Source: Camelus dromedarius
Taxonomy: Eukaryota
Length of the DNA stretch: 64,000 nucleotides
Assembly (NCBI RefSeq): GCF_036321535.1
Contig: NC_087449.1
Location: forward strand, 55,614,001 to 55,678,000
Reading direction: 5' to 3'
Positions 32,831 to 45,609 of the stretch are shown here, one piece after another; position 1 is the stretch's first letter, and every line of letters starts with the position of its first letter. A program made the position numbers and the translations under genes. The notes beneath the pieces are model-generated. The model was not told the origin of the DNA, made no database searches, and was given only the letters and a program-made list of their open reading frames with translations.

Positions 32831-33694
32831 CGTAGGCAGCCTCCATGAGGACTTTTTGCCTTGGCCCCAGCACCCTTTTGAAGCCTGGCTCAGTCCTGGA
32901 ACGGGGGCTAGATTCTCGTTGCTACTACCTGCCTTTGTGACTCCAGGCAAATGACGTTACCTTTCTGGGACGCTGCTCAGCATGGGGGAGGCTTCTGAGG
33001 GCTCTCAACACCTGGGATGATGTGGCAGAATATTCACTATTCTTGTTAATCTTAATAACAGCCCTTTGAAGTAAGTTCTATTATTATCTACCCTTTATAA
33101 ATGGGGAGAATCAGGTGGGGGCAATTTTTTCCCAAGATGCCACAACTACGAAGTGGCAGACCTGGGATTCAACCCCAGATCCGTGGTCCCAGAGCCCACG
33201 CGCTTGGTCCCGAGGCAGCTGGGAGAGGGGAGAGCAGCAAGCACTCGGCTGAGTGGGAAGTCTGAACTCGGGGTTGGTTGGGGGCGAGGGAGAGCCGACG
33301 CCACACTGGGCAATGATTTGTGGGTTCCCCTTTCCTGAGCTGTGTGTCTTTAGGAGGTCACTTCACCTCTCTGAGCCTCAGGCCTCAGTGTGGTAAATGG
33401 GACACCACCACCTGCTCCATGTGTGCACTGTGTGTGCCTGGCCCACCATGGGCCCTTGTGCATCACAGCCCTTTGCCCACTGCTCCCCGCCCAGCCCTAA
33501 GACCTTCCTTGGGAGCAGGAGGGCTTGGGCTGTGGCTCATTATCTGAAAGAGGAGCGTTAATATCCCTGATATTAAAAAATAACCTTATCTTCATTCTGC
33601 TTTGTCGGGAGGAGATGAGCCCACATCAGCATTCTGACAGATGGGAGCAGCTCTCTGTGTTTGCGGGTGTTTGCGGGAGAGTCAGAGAAGGAGG

Positions 33695-33800
33695 GAGGGA
33701 GAGATGCAGAGAGACAGAAAGAGAGAGAAAGAGAGACAGTGTGTGCGCGTACGTGCGTGTGTGTGTGTCTGTGTGATTATGAGAGAGAGAGAGAGCGAGC
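33695..33800. repeat. Compound (GA)n/(GT)n/(GA)n simple repeat
   Basis: Directly visible. Confidence 0.85.
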
Positions 33801-35589
33801 CTGGGTGATGTGACTTGCTGGGGGTGTGTGGGGGTGGGTGGGTGATGGCACCTCTCCAGAGCAGGGAATAGCTTTAGAAGGGTGACTTGGTAATACCCAA
33901 TATTGAATGTATTGAAATGCTAAGCAGCTCTAAAGATCTGTGTCTGATTTTCATTAAAGCCGCTGAGGCAGAGGGTGTGATGGGAGGGGCAGTGGCTCCC
34001 TCACTGCCTGGGAAGGTCTGATTACAGAAGCTGGAGCCAGGGTCATGACCAGCACCGAGGCCACTCCCACCCACACCACTGCTGCCACCTTCCCTTCTGC
34101 CACAGCCGCTACCGTCACCACCATCACCACAGTGCTAGGGAAGCCCTGGCCGTACGTTTCTTGGTTGCTGGGCAGCCTCAGTCACTGCTGCTACAAACCA
34201 AGGGATGCCTCCCGTGCTCCACTTGGCACATCCCCCTCTGCCTGCCCCCTGGGCTCATCTGCTCCTCTGTCATACGGGCAAAGAACCCTGTCTCACCTCC
34301 ATCCCATTCTATCCATCCACATTTTCTGAGGCCCAAAAGCATGAGGATGGGGGTGCTAAGCTGGCTGTGGGAAACACATCAACTGCCCTTTGGGAACTGC
34401 TTGTCTGATGGTACAGATAGATCTAGAATAGATCATTTTATGGCCATGGGGTGGGAACGCCAACAAGCTACTGAAGGGCCCAAAGAAGGGAGCGCTAAAC
34501 AGTCTAAACAGGGTGTTGATAGTGTACATGTGGGGCATCATGGGCCCAGAGAGGGCAGGTGATTTCCCCAAGGTCACACAGCCAGCAGCAAATCTGAGAA
34601 CAGAACCCAATCTCCTGGCTCCTTGTCCAGTGCTATCTCTGCAACATGAGGCCATGGATTTGCTCACATGTCAGCTGCAGGGAGAGGTGAGATGGGTCTG
34701 TGAGCTGCTTCCCAGCAGGGCAGGGGAAATTAGCAGCCAGGAGGGATAGTCAGTCGTGAGGTGCACGCTGGGGGCTGAATGCTTTGCAATTCCCCTCTCC
34801 AGTAACCCCACACCAAGGCTGCATGAGTATCATACTGTTTACAGGAGGCTCCCTGGAGGCTCAGAGAGGGAGAGCAAACCATCCAAGGTCACCCAGCCAG
34901 GAAGCAGCAGAACTGAGATGTGAACCCAGGGTTATCTGACTCTCAAAACCCATGTACATCTCAAACTCTGGGCCAGGCAACTCCCTGGGGCGGGGGTCTT
35001 GGGAAGGAGGCAGAGTGTAACTCAGAAGCTGGATACCATCAGTGGCTGGGGTCACCTAGAAGGAGCTCCCAAGAGTCTAGTTTAATTTGGAATAGTCCCC
35101 AGTGCAGACTGACTCCCTGGGATGCGCCTGCAAGAGGGGGTGAGAGCCCAGGGCTGCCGGGGCCCAGGCTGCTTGAATTCCGGCCAAGCTGTTCCCGGCC
35201 CTGGCCCAAGGTCATTTGTTCGGGGAAGAAAGGCAGCTTCTCAGCCCTGTGCGCCCCGCCCTCCCTGCTCTGAGCTGGGAGCTGGGGGAGGCTGAAGGAC
35301 GATGATTCTGGGGAAAGCAGATTACCCAGTGAGGGGCCGGCTGGGCGGGTGGCACCGTGGTGACAGGTCCATCAGGCGCCTCGCCTCTCGGAGGGGATGT
35401 TTCCTGGGGCTGCTGGTGACAGGCCCGGGCTGCGGAGGGAGTGCTGATGAGGTGGAGACAGGCTGGCCCCTTGCCTGGAGATAGCGATGGGCAGGGGCTC
35501 AGCTTCTCTGATGCCTCCTCCCGAGAAGCCTGAGGAATTACCCGGCCGCCAGCCCTGTTCTGGTTTGGGACCATCCAGTGACTGTCCCC

Positions 35590-36030
35590 CCCTTTAACTC
35601 CATCACCTCCCTCTCTCCTTGCCACAGCCTCCTGGCGGGTCTCTCTGCCACCAGGTGACTCACCTCTAATCCTGCAGGCAGGGTAATCTTGCCAAAGCAC
35701 AACACTCCGCGGCTTACCACTCGCAGCGACCCCGCTGTCCCAGGAGAAAGCCCCGGCTGCTTAGCCCGAGAAGCGAAGCGCTTCATGGTCTGGCTTCCGT
35801 TCTTATAGTCACACCCTGTGCTCTTCTCCTGTCTGCTCTGGGCCTTTGCACGAGCCGCTCCCCTAACCTCCTCCCTTCTCCCTGCCACATCCCCGTGGGG
35901 CCTAACTTCTACTTCTCCCGCAGGTCTCAGCTTGGACATCACCTCCTCCTTGAAGCCTTCCTGGAACTGAAGCCCGGAAGTCTGGGTCCGGTGCCCCACA
36001 GTGTCCCCGGCACTTACCCCTTGAGCATCC
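35590..36030 (+). mobile_element. Degenerate L2 fragment
   Basis: AGCCTCCTGGCGGGTCTCTCTGCC and GGTCTCAGCTTGGACATCACCTCCTCCTTGAAGCCTTCC. Confidence 0.6.
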
Positions 36031-36583
36031 TCGTCATCCTAACAGCTCGCTGTGATAGATTCTCAAGGTGTGCAGGGCGTGTGCTAAGTGGTGTGTCCAC
36101 GTTGCCTCATTCCACCCTGCACTGACCGGAGTGTGGTAAATGCCTGTTTGTCCACCTCACCCACCTTATGATTATCTTGAATGCCTTATGATCACCCACT
36201 TTATAAAGGAGGAAGTGGGGCTCCCAGGGGGAGCGGTGTGCTCAAAGGCACCAGCAGGTGAGTGGCTGACGTGAGCCACGAATTCAGGGATCCTGATTAC
36301 CTATGTTCTGTCTCACATCCTGCCCTTGATACCTCGGCTTCTGGGGGCCGGTCCCCAGTCCTGGCTGAAAGCAGCTCTGGTAAGTCAGACTTCAGCCAGG
36401 TCCCCCCTCCCCCAGCATCCCTGGGCCTCTGGGGCCCTGACAGCGCTGAGCAGCTTCCTGTTGGGGGCATGGAGAGGCTGTTCCTCCCAGTGCCGCCAGG
36501 AATTCCCAGGCCTCTCCTCTGACTTGGCTCCATTTCTGCAGTCCCTCGGCTGACTCTGGAGTTCCTGACTCACCCAGTTGTGA

Positions 36584-36677
36584 CCTCCTGGCTTCCGACC
36601 TCACCTCCTGCTTGCACCCCATCCCCATCGCCTCCTGGCTTCCGACCTCGCCTCCTGCTTGCACCCCATCCCCATCT
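36584..36677. repeat. 47-bp tandem duplication (2 copies, 2 mismatches)
   Basis: CCTCCTGGCTTCCGACCTC(A/G)CCTCCTGCTTGCACCCCATCCCCATC(G/T) at 36584-36630 and 36631-36677. Confidence 0.95.
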
Positions 36678-39600
36678 CCTCCCTCAGATCAGCCTCCGGC
36701 CCCACCCCACCTCCAGCCTGCTGGTTCTATGTCTGCAGCTGGGGATAAGCCTGACCCTGGACCCTGCCCTCGGCCCTGCCCCATCATCAGTCTGGGCTCT
36801 GGGCTTGTTCTGTCAGCCTGTTCTCCCACCAGAACTTTGAACCCCATTGTGGGAGCTCAGCGCTCTGGCCCCGCCTCCTTTCCCCACCGCTGCTGAGGGG
36901 CTGGGGGGCTGGGGATGATGAAGTCGTCTCCGAAGGAAGAAGCTAAAGATGTAAACGAGACCGTGAAATCCCCTATGACAGCTGTGACCACTGTGGCTCC
37001 AGCCATTAAACACGGAGCTTCAACAGCCCCCGAAATACACCTGAGGCACTTGTCAGCAGCTCCTGCTCATCACACGTGCACACGCGAGCCATGCACACGC
37101 ATGCAAACATATGCATGCATGCACAGGCTCAACGAGCAGCACAGAAGTGTAGGATAGGGAACCCCAGCAGATGGTTCCAGCAGTCTCCTTGGCCTCAGGA
37201 TGGGGAGAGTGGGGTCCAGGGTGGGGGCCCAGGCATCCTTCCAGTCTGCATCCCTCGTGGCCTCTTCCTCTTTCAGATTGTACTTTGTATTTGCATAGCA
37301 CTCACTCATCCCCTGCATCCTTCTGAAACGGCTTTGATGTGGGTCTGATGCGATCTGATATCTTCCCCTCCCCTTGTCCTGCAGCATAGCCTCCAAACGT
37401 GCAGCACGGTGCCCGGCATGCAGCAGGCACCGGGAGGGGTGTGTTAGCTGAATACATTCAGTTGCAGCAGCCATCAAGGAAATTCCTACCCAATACCCTT
37501 GTGTTTTGTCTGAGGCACACTTGGTTGAGTTGAAAGCCCTGGATGGGGAGTCTGGGCTTTGAGTTTGGCCTTGACACTAACTCCTGTGTGTCTTTGGCCT
37601 CCTGTGTGACCAAGGCGTCCCCCTTCTTGCTGTCAGTTCCCCTATCTGAAAAGCCTTTGTCCTAGCCTGGTCCTCGGAGCATCCATGATGGCTGTCTGAG
37701 TCCTGTGGTGAATGCTGGCCGGCCTGTGGTCCCTGCAGCCTGGCCAGGGATGCTGGCCCCGAAGCTGTGGGAGCTCAGAGCCTATAGGCCCTCAGGGCTG
37801 AGGAGGTGCTGTTAGGGGTGTTTCCTCCGCTGACGATTTTTGTTCTCGCACTAAGCCCGCAGCACACAGTAGATACTCAGGGAAGTGTGATTAGTCTGAA
37901 CTCAGCCACCAAATCTTGTAAGAGTGAATTTTCAGGAAGTGTTTGGAAATCCCTTCTTCCATGTCAGTTCCCCACCAGGGAGTTCTGTGTCCTGGCCCTT
38001 GCTTACCTCTTCAGCCATGGGACTCACCACTCCTGCTTCCCTGCGCTAAGCAGTAACCATTCTGAACTTTGTTTCCCCGGCCTGCTGGGGTCTCCCCCCC
38101 ATCCGTCGGCTGGCACGCTCCTCTTCCCTGTGCCCTGTCCCTCTGCCTAGTGGACACAACTTCAAACTACTCGAGCCTTAGATGTTGAAAAAGCCTTCCC
38201 TGGTTCCCCACATCTGGGTTGGGTGTGTCCCCAGGCTGCTCTTCCTCCTGAATGTCTGCTGTCACAGAACGTACGACGCTGACATGTCCCTGCCGGGTGT
38301 GCCTCCTCCAGGCACCTTGAGGGAGTTGGGGTGGTGTCTTCTCCAAGGGAAACGCAGGGTTGGCTGGTTCTGCCTTGCACTCCCGTGGCCCCGCTGGTTC
38401 CCACCTCACGATCTTAGCGTCTACTTGGTTCTTCAGGCACCAGAGGGCCAGTGGGCTCCACCCTTTGTGCCACAGGCCCGCTCAGCTGGGGACTGTCCTT
38501 CCAAAGCGCCAGGCACAGGGCTGGTGCATGGATGCCCGCCATTCTCTCCTGGGTGCCTTTTCCAAATGCAGCTGGCCCCTCGCTCACGTTCCCAAAGGCC
38601 TCGGACCCAATCTTCCCATCTCAGCCTCGTGACTTTTGCTCTTTGCAGGGGTCGTCTTTCAGAGATAATGGGAAGCAGAGTCCAAGCATTTTTATTTTAA
38701 AGCTCCTGAGCAGAAAACTGCCCGTCCTTGCCGGTGGTGGCCTGTGACAAGACCAAACTCGAAGGATTATCTACAGTAGAAAAGGTCAGACTTGGGTAGT
38801 GGGGGACAGTCACGGTGGAAAAGCAGGCAGGCCAGGCAGGCATAGGGAATGGAGACCCGCCTCGTCCAGCCAGACACTCATCAGAAGGCAGGCGGAAGGT
38901 TGCAGGCCGTTGGCGAAGGGCAGGCTCAGGACAGACCCTGGGGTTGGGGACACTGGAGTGCCAGCCGAGGAGGGCAGGGGAGAGCCTGAGCGAGCTGCTC
39001 AGCTTCTCTGGCCCCCTTTCCTCCTCTGTGAAGTGGGGGTGATCCCAGCAGCTCCTCACAGGGTGGCTCTGAGGAGGAGATGAGTCGCATGGTGCAGCTG
39101 GTGGAACCGTGCCTGACATGTGAGTTTGCCGCTATAGGGATGCTGGCTGACCATCCACGTCCTATCCTGGCTTTCACTGCTGTAGAGCGATGGTCATTTA
39201 CAGAGCAGCATCCAGGCACCAGTCATGGGATGACTCACTCTTCAGTACACCTCAGGGGTAAATACTCCCACCCCGGCTTGTGGAGGAGGCTTGAGGCCTG
39301 AGGCCAGCTTTCTGGGGTCACACAGCGAGGGAGCAGCAGAGGGACGGGCCTGGCAGCAGAGTCTGTGGAGAGTGGAGAGCCCCAGTCAGACCTCCCCTCA
39401 GGGCCCCAGGCTCCCCGTCCAGGGTTCCTGCCTCTGATTCTTGCTGCCTCCGCACAAGTCCAGGGTTGGGTGATATCCGGGGGGAGAGGTGGGGGGCCTG
39501 TGGGGCTGCGGGCCCTCAGCTGAGTGAGGCAGGTGGCTGACCTAGGGAGCCCCCAGGAGGGACCATGTGGCAGGGCCTGTCTGGGGGTGGCCCTGGGGGA

Positions 39601-40130
39601 GGCCCCCCATGCCCAGGCCCTGAGATGGTGGCCCTGCCCAAACCCTCTGCCCAGCCCTCATTTCCAACAGAGACTCATTTAAGACCAATGACCAGCTTGC
39701 TAGGGGACTTCAAAGATAGTATTTGATGAGTTTTAGCAGCTTCAGCAAAACTCTAATTTGAATTTCAGGCGCTGGTGTGTGATTTCCTCGGTGACAGCTC
39801 CGAGGGAGGCTTGGGCTCAGCTGTCATCCAGTGGGGCCTCTCGCTGGCTGCCACCACCGCCGCCACCCACCTTCCCGGGGAGGAGAATCTGGTGGCTGAG
39901 AGGAGCCGGGGCTCTACTGAAGCTCAGGGAAGAGGGGAATAAACAAGTGACAGGAAGAGAGGGGAGTGAGAGGGAGGGGGCTGAGAGCAGGGACAGGAGC
40001 ACACAGTGGGGAGGAGGAGGGAAAGCAAGTAGGAGGATGAGGGTGAGGTTAGAGACCCCGGGAGAGACAGCATCCCAGAGAGCAACCCAGAAATGAGGGG
40101 AAAGATAAGTCAATCCAGAGGGGGAAAGGG

Positions 40131-40260
40131 NNNNNNNNNNNNNNNNNNNNNNNNNNNNNNNNNNNNNNNNNNNNNNNNNNNNNNNNNNNNNNNNNNNNNN
40201 NNNNNNNNNNNNNNNNNNNNNNNNNNNNNNNNNNNNNNNNNNNNNNNNNNNNNNNNNNNN
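40131..40260. other. Assembly gap (130 N)
   Basis: N run in purine-rich context. Confidence 0.99.
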
Positions 40261-40723
40261 ACAGGCCAGGAGCTAGGCTGAGGGAGGGAGGGAATCAGAG
40301 GCTCATAAAGAGCCTGAGGATGGGGTGGAGGTAGAGACCATAGGGGAGGGCAGGAGGGACGGCTGGGAGGACAATGGGAGGGGGCGAGGAGCCCCGAGAA
40401 ATATGCTCATTCACTAAGCACCCTCAGGCCAGGCCTAAGGGCCCTGGGATCCCAGTGAACAAGTCAGGTAGATCCCTGGGGTGGGGAGGGGGCCTGGCTC
40501 AGGGCACTGGGTGGGGCAGGAGAAGAAAGTTCCGTCTCCCAGCCTCCCTTCCCCCTCCCACCTTAGCTGAGGCAGGGAGGTGAAGTCCTGTGTCTCCTGA
40601 TTCCAGAGTCCCACTCTGAACCATCCCCCACCAGCTGCCGTGACCCCCAGCAACGGGGCAGCTTGCAAGCAGGAATGATAATATCCAGTACCAAGGCCGT
40701 GGTGGGGTCCCATAGCCCTCCAC

Positions 40724-40791
40724 CACACACGTGCGCGCACACACACACACACACACACAAACACGCAGACACACACACACGCACACGCACG
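40724..40791. repeat. Imperfect (CA)n/(CG)n alternating repeat
   Basis: Directly visible. Confidence 0.9.
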
Positions 40792-41360
40792 ATGGCTGGG
40801 AAGGGTAGAGAAACGGAGGGGCAGCATGAAAGAGCGAAGGAGGAGTGAGGAAGGGTCACTTCATCTCTCTAAGCGTCAGGTTCCTCCTCTGTAAGAAATC
40901 GGGATCAGAATATCACACATCTCACTGGGCTCCTGGGAGGATAAAACATGATTTATGTAAAGGGTGGAGCCCAGCACTTGGCTCAATTGAATCTGAGCTG
41001 AAGGGACACGTTCCCAAAAACGGAACCCTGGTTCTGAGATATATATTCCCATGATGTCATCACCCTTCCTGTGGAAGAGGAAGGCAGGGCCCTTCTCCCC
41101 TCGGTCCTCTCCTCCCAGGCTCAGCGGGGAAGGGGAGCCTTACGGCACTCACACACCTTCAAGGCCACATAGGACTCCCCCAGCCTCAGAGCTGAGCGCT
41201 TGGTGTCACGGGCCCTGCAGCTGCCGTCCAGACTGGCCCTCGGCCAGGTAGGGAGGGAAGAGGAGAGAGGGGGCAGCCCACAGGCCTGGGCAGCGGCCAC
41301 AGCTCTCCTGGGTGCCCGAGAGCAGAGGCTGGGAGACAGGACAGGGTTTAAACTCAAGCA

Positions 41361-41640
41361 CAGCGCGGTCTGATACGACAGCCACCAGCCACACGTGGCC
41401 GTTGAGCACTTGATAAGTAGGTAGTCTGAAATGAGATGACTTAGTAAGAAAAAAATGTCAAATATCTCATTTAGTATTTTTATATTGATTTACATGTTAA
41501 GATGAAAATAATTTGGAGGTATTAGGTTAAATAAAATATATTGTTAAGTTAATTTCACCTGTTGTTGTCTTATCCTGTTAATGTGGCTATTAGTAAATTT
41601 TAAATGACACATGTGACTCCTGTTGTATTTCTATTGGTCT
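41361..41640 (+). mobile_element. MER33 hAT-Charlie MITE
   Basis: AGCCACACGTGGCCGTTGAGCACTTGA...AATATCTCATT...GGTTAAATAAAATATATT...TTAATTTCACCTGT...AATGTGGCTA...ATTTCTATTGG. Confidence 0.85.
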
Positions 41641-42479
41641 CAGGACATCTGAGTTGGAAGAACCATTAGACATCCCGTACTCCGAACCTCTGTGGCGCAG
41701 GTGGGGAGGTTGAGGCCCAGGAGCGAAGGGACTTGCTCCAGGTCACACAGCCAGACAGCAGTGTGCAGAAGATGGAACTTAGGTCTCAGGGACACAGTTG
41801 GGAAGACAAACACCAGTCTCCTCTGGCATTACCCAAGACACTAGCTCATTAGCACAGGGTGAGAAGACATAATTTTTAAGAATTCTAACAACTGCGAGGT
41901 GGATTAGGAGCTTAAAAAAGGCTCCTACCAGGGCTGTCAGAGGATCCTGACCTCAGGCTTGAGGCCCTCACCACGGCTGGGGGCCAGAGAATTAATGATG
42001 CCACAGCCGCTGAAGGAATTTGAAAAGGAAAAGAAAAAAAAAAGGCCAAATTGAATTGTGGACAATTGTGAAGGCTGCAGCCCGTACATACTTGATGGGA
42101 GGCATCACAGGAGGACTGCAAAGAGGACCTGCCTGGGCCTAAGGCCCCCAGGGGCCCAGCAGAGGGCTGTGCCAAGAACCAAGCCCCCGTCTTCAGGCAA
42201 AGCTGGGTAGGGGACCTGGGGCCTGTCCGTTCGCCTCTCTGGCGCCAGCTTCCTCGTCTGTGGCCTAGTATCTAAGAGTGCAGGCTTTAGAATCAGGTGA
42301 CCCTGGCCGCTGGCTCTGCCACCTACCAATGGCCCTGAGCAAGTTCTTAATCTCTCTGGGGCCCCTCTTGCTCATTTGAAAAAAAACATGCCTAAATCCT
42401 ACCCCCAAGGATTGATGGGAGGGTGGGTGGACGACAGATGTGAAGGGCTTAGGCCCTCTGGGCACTTGGGCACAGGAAG

Positions 42480-42750
42480 TATTCATTTGTTTAGCAAATA
42501 TCTTCTGGGCACCTGCACTGTCCTAGGTACTGGGGATCCTGGAGTGAAGCAGACAGACCAGGTTCCACCCCTGCGGCGCCTACAGTGTAGGTGAGGACAC
42601 AGACCAGCGAGTAGAGACCTTTATACAGATTTAGACGGTGACAAGTGCTCTGAAAACTACTGAAGGAGGCGAAAGGACAGAGAGCGGCAGGGACAGTTTG
42701 GGCAGTGTGGGCAGGGGAGGCTCTCTGAGAAGGTGACATCTGACCTATTA
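42480..42750 (-). mobile_element. L2 3' fragment
   Basis: ATTCATTTGTTTAGCAAATATCTTCTGGGCACCTGCACTGTCCTAGGTACTGGGGAT. Confidence 0.65.
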
Positions 42751-44739
42751 TTAAAATGATTAGAATCTGAGAGCCCTGGCGCTGGGGAGGTCTACGAAGA
42801 CCACAAAGACCACAGATCACACAGCCCTCCGCCTCCCGGGGCCCCTCCAGGCGTGTGCTTCCAGGAGAGCGGAGATGTCAGCTCTGACATTCGACTTCTG
42901 GGTTCCAACCCTAGTTCCACCTCCTAGTGGCCGTGTGACCTTGGCTAAGTTCCTTTGCTTCTCCAAGACTCTATTTCTTCACCTGTGCAATGGGGATAAT
43001 AACACAGAATGAAGCTGTGCTGGCCTCTTGCGAGGGCTAATTGGGCAGTAAGTCCACCCATAGATGTGGACTCTGGCCCGGCCCTTTGCTGGCAATGCAG
43101 ACCTGGAGACGGCTGCCTTATGGCCCGAGCCCCAGGGTCAAGGAAAGGATAGGGTGCAACAGAGGCATGAAGGAGGACTTCCTAAAAAAGCTGACATCAG
43201 CTTCACAGCTCACAATGTCCTCAAGCAGAAGCAGAGTTGCCTGGGAAAAGGGGGCACCAGCATGCTGGCCTGAGGGACAGCACAGGGACAGCAGAGGCTC
43301 AGGGAGCAGGGGCCCCCTCTTCCTTCTGGCCCCAGAAATGGGCCAGGCACAATGTATGGGGGCTACTGGCAGTTTGATAACCAGGAGAGTGAGGTCTGAG
43401 GCCAGAAGTCGTGAGTGACGGGGCCGGTGAGGCCGGCCAAGGCCAGATCGCGGAGAGCCCCGTCCGGCCGGCTGAGCTGCCAGGACTTCATCTTGGGTGG
43501 TATGTGTGTGTAGCAGGGGAGCTGGAGCCAGGGCACAACGTGATCCCCTCCGTGCCCTAAGCAGATCCCTCTGACAGCTGAAAGGTCTGTGAAGACAGCT
43601 CTGGGGCCCTGTGGGCCTTCCCTTTTCTGGCCTGGGATCTCCAGGGCCTCCAGCCGCCCCCGAGCCCATCTCTTCAGTGTGTGCTCTGCTTGTAAATGGC
43701 TCCCAGAAGAGTGAGGGGTCGTGGCTCTCAGATGGACAGCCCAGGCTACCCACGGGAAAGTTGAGCACAGAGGACCTGGGGGCCTTGTGCATCTGCCCCT
43801 CCCTAAACCCACCCCTGTCTGTATCTTCTCACCCAACCCATGCCTGCTTTCAGCCAGTGGGTTCAAATCCTGGCTCCTCCACTTACCGTGTGGCCTTGGG
43901 GAAGTGACTAGCTTCTCTGTGCCCCAGTCTCCTCACCTATAAAATGGGGGGGGGGGGGAACTGCCTCATCACAGGGTGCACGTGTGTGAGTGAGCAAATG
44001 AGCTCATGTCTGCAGGTTGTGACTGATGGCTCTTATGTGCCTCCCCCGTCCAACACCCTTGTGAAGTAGGCCCAGGAGGAGATCACGCTTCTCTCCCATT
44101 TTAGAGATAGGGAAGCTGAGACTGAGAGGGAGGTGGCTTGTCCAAGGATGCTGACTCAGTACATCAGGGGCACTGCTGGCACCAGGATTCAGGTATTTTG
44201 GCACCTGGTCTGGAATTCTTTCCACTCAATCAGGTTGCCATCATGAGCAATATTTCAGGTTGAGGGATGAAGCTCTAATGGGAAGATTCCAGGCATCCTC
44301 CAGAGGAGATATGCTATTTTTGAGCTAAGAATATGAAAGAAGGAAATTCTTAGCCTCCCCTCAACCCACTCTGTACCCCATTTACCCAGAGGAATCACTA
44401 TGTAGGCATCTGCTCACTCTGCCCCCAGACAGCGAGCTGGGGTCCAGTAGGCTGGCCTCCTCACCCAGAGCTACCTAGTCACCCGTCCGGCCCTGCTTGG
44501 CCAGTCTCTGGAGCCTTCCTGATGCTCAAGCCCCACCCCTCTCCCATCCCTGGCCCCAGCTCTCATCTTTGAGTATAATGATTGCCTAGGGTCTTGCCTG
44601 CCCCTCACTAGATCGTAGCTTAAGGGCAGTGCCTGTGAGCTTGGCCACCTCTGTCCCCAGCACCAGGACTGAGCCCTGTTACTGTGTGGCCAAATGAGCA
44701 TGTGCTCCCAGCCCTGACCCTCCCCTCCCTCTCTTAACC

Positions 44740-44960
44740 TGGTGCTTCTCACTCTTTTTTTCAGGATTGCTCCTCAAGGAAACTTTCAAGACATTTTCTC
44801 CCCTCATCTCCACACGTGTGAAATGTTAATACTGTAGATTTACTGTATATTTCTGTATGTACCGTACACCTATCTGTACTTTATACATAAAAAGAGTAAG
44901 ATTTTTTTTGCCCTCCGATTGCCAATTATCACTCCCCTTAATTTTAACCCAAGTCATTCA
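44740..44960. mobile_element. hAT-type MITE remnant (subfamily uncertain)
   Basis: TGAAATGTTAATACTGTAGATTTACTGTATAT...CTTTATACATAAAAAGAGTAAGATTTTTT resembles a recalled MER-type MITE. Confidence 0.5.
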
Positions 44961-45410
44961 TGAGTCCTGTGGACTGCAAACCACACTTTCTAGGTTAACT
45001 TAATTGCTTCACCACAGTTCAACACTTCTTGGAGGAACACAAACACAGCAAAATTTAGGTTAGGACACATGTGTTGGTCAGATGGGTGTTTTGGGACCAG
45101 GATACCAACATGGACCCCAACCCCAGCTCCATGCACCCCAGCTGTGGGGGCCCAGCTCAGAGGAGGGTGACGGCACGTTGGCCTCATGAGGTTATAAGAG
45201 GTCTGAGTTGGTAGGGCCCTTCAAGATTGTCTGGTCCAAACTGATTTTACCAATGGAGGGATTGAGGCCAAGGGAGGCATGGAGAGTGGGAGACCTAGAG
45301 AGTTTGTAATGAGACTGTGAGCCTGTTAAGGGGAGGATGTGTCTTGCTAATTTCTGTATCCCTGGCACCTGACACTGTGTCTGACACAGGTTAGACATGC
45401 AGGGCATGGT

Positions 45411-45478
45411 GGATAACCAGATAAACAGATGGATGGATGGATGATGGGTGGATGGATGAACAGACGGATAGATGGACA
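45411..45478. repeat. (TGGA)n-like degenerate simple repeat at an L2 tail
   Basis: GATGGATGGATGGATGATGGGTGGATGGATGAA. Confidence 0.75.
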
Positions 45479-45609
45479 AAGGAAGGGCAGATTGTGACAC
45501 CTAGGTCTCTGAAAAGCTCTGGTGATGCCAGGTGCCAGCAGGGCCTCAGAAAACAAAATAGGAATGCTGGACAGGGTGATCTCTGACATCCCTGACTCTA
45601 GACTTACGC

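Noticed and set aside
36123-36128. TGACCG/CGGTCA, the motif I recall as critical in the mouse EphA8 enhancer
   Set aside because: It lies within a MIR-like segment, and a single 6-mer is expected by chance many times in 64 kb.
36915-37157. 80-aa ORF MMKSSPKEEAK... as a microprotein
   Set aside because: No recognisable homology, promoter or splice support. The region is kept only as a non-coding candidate.
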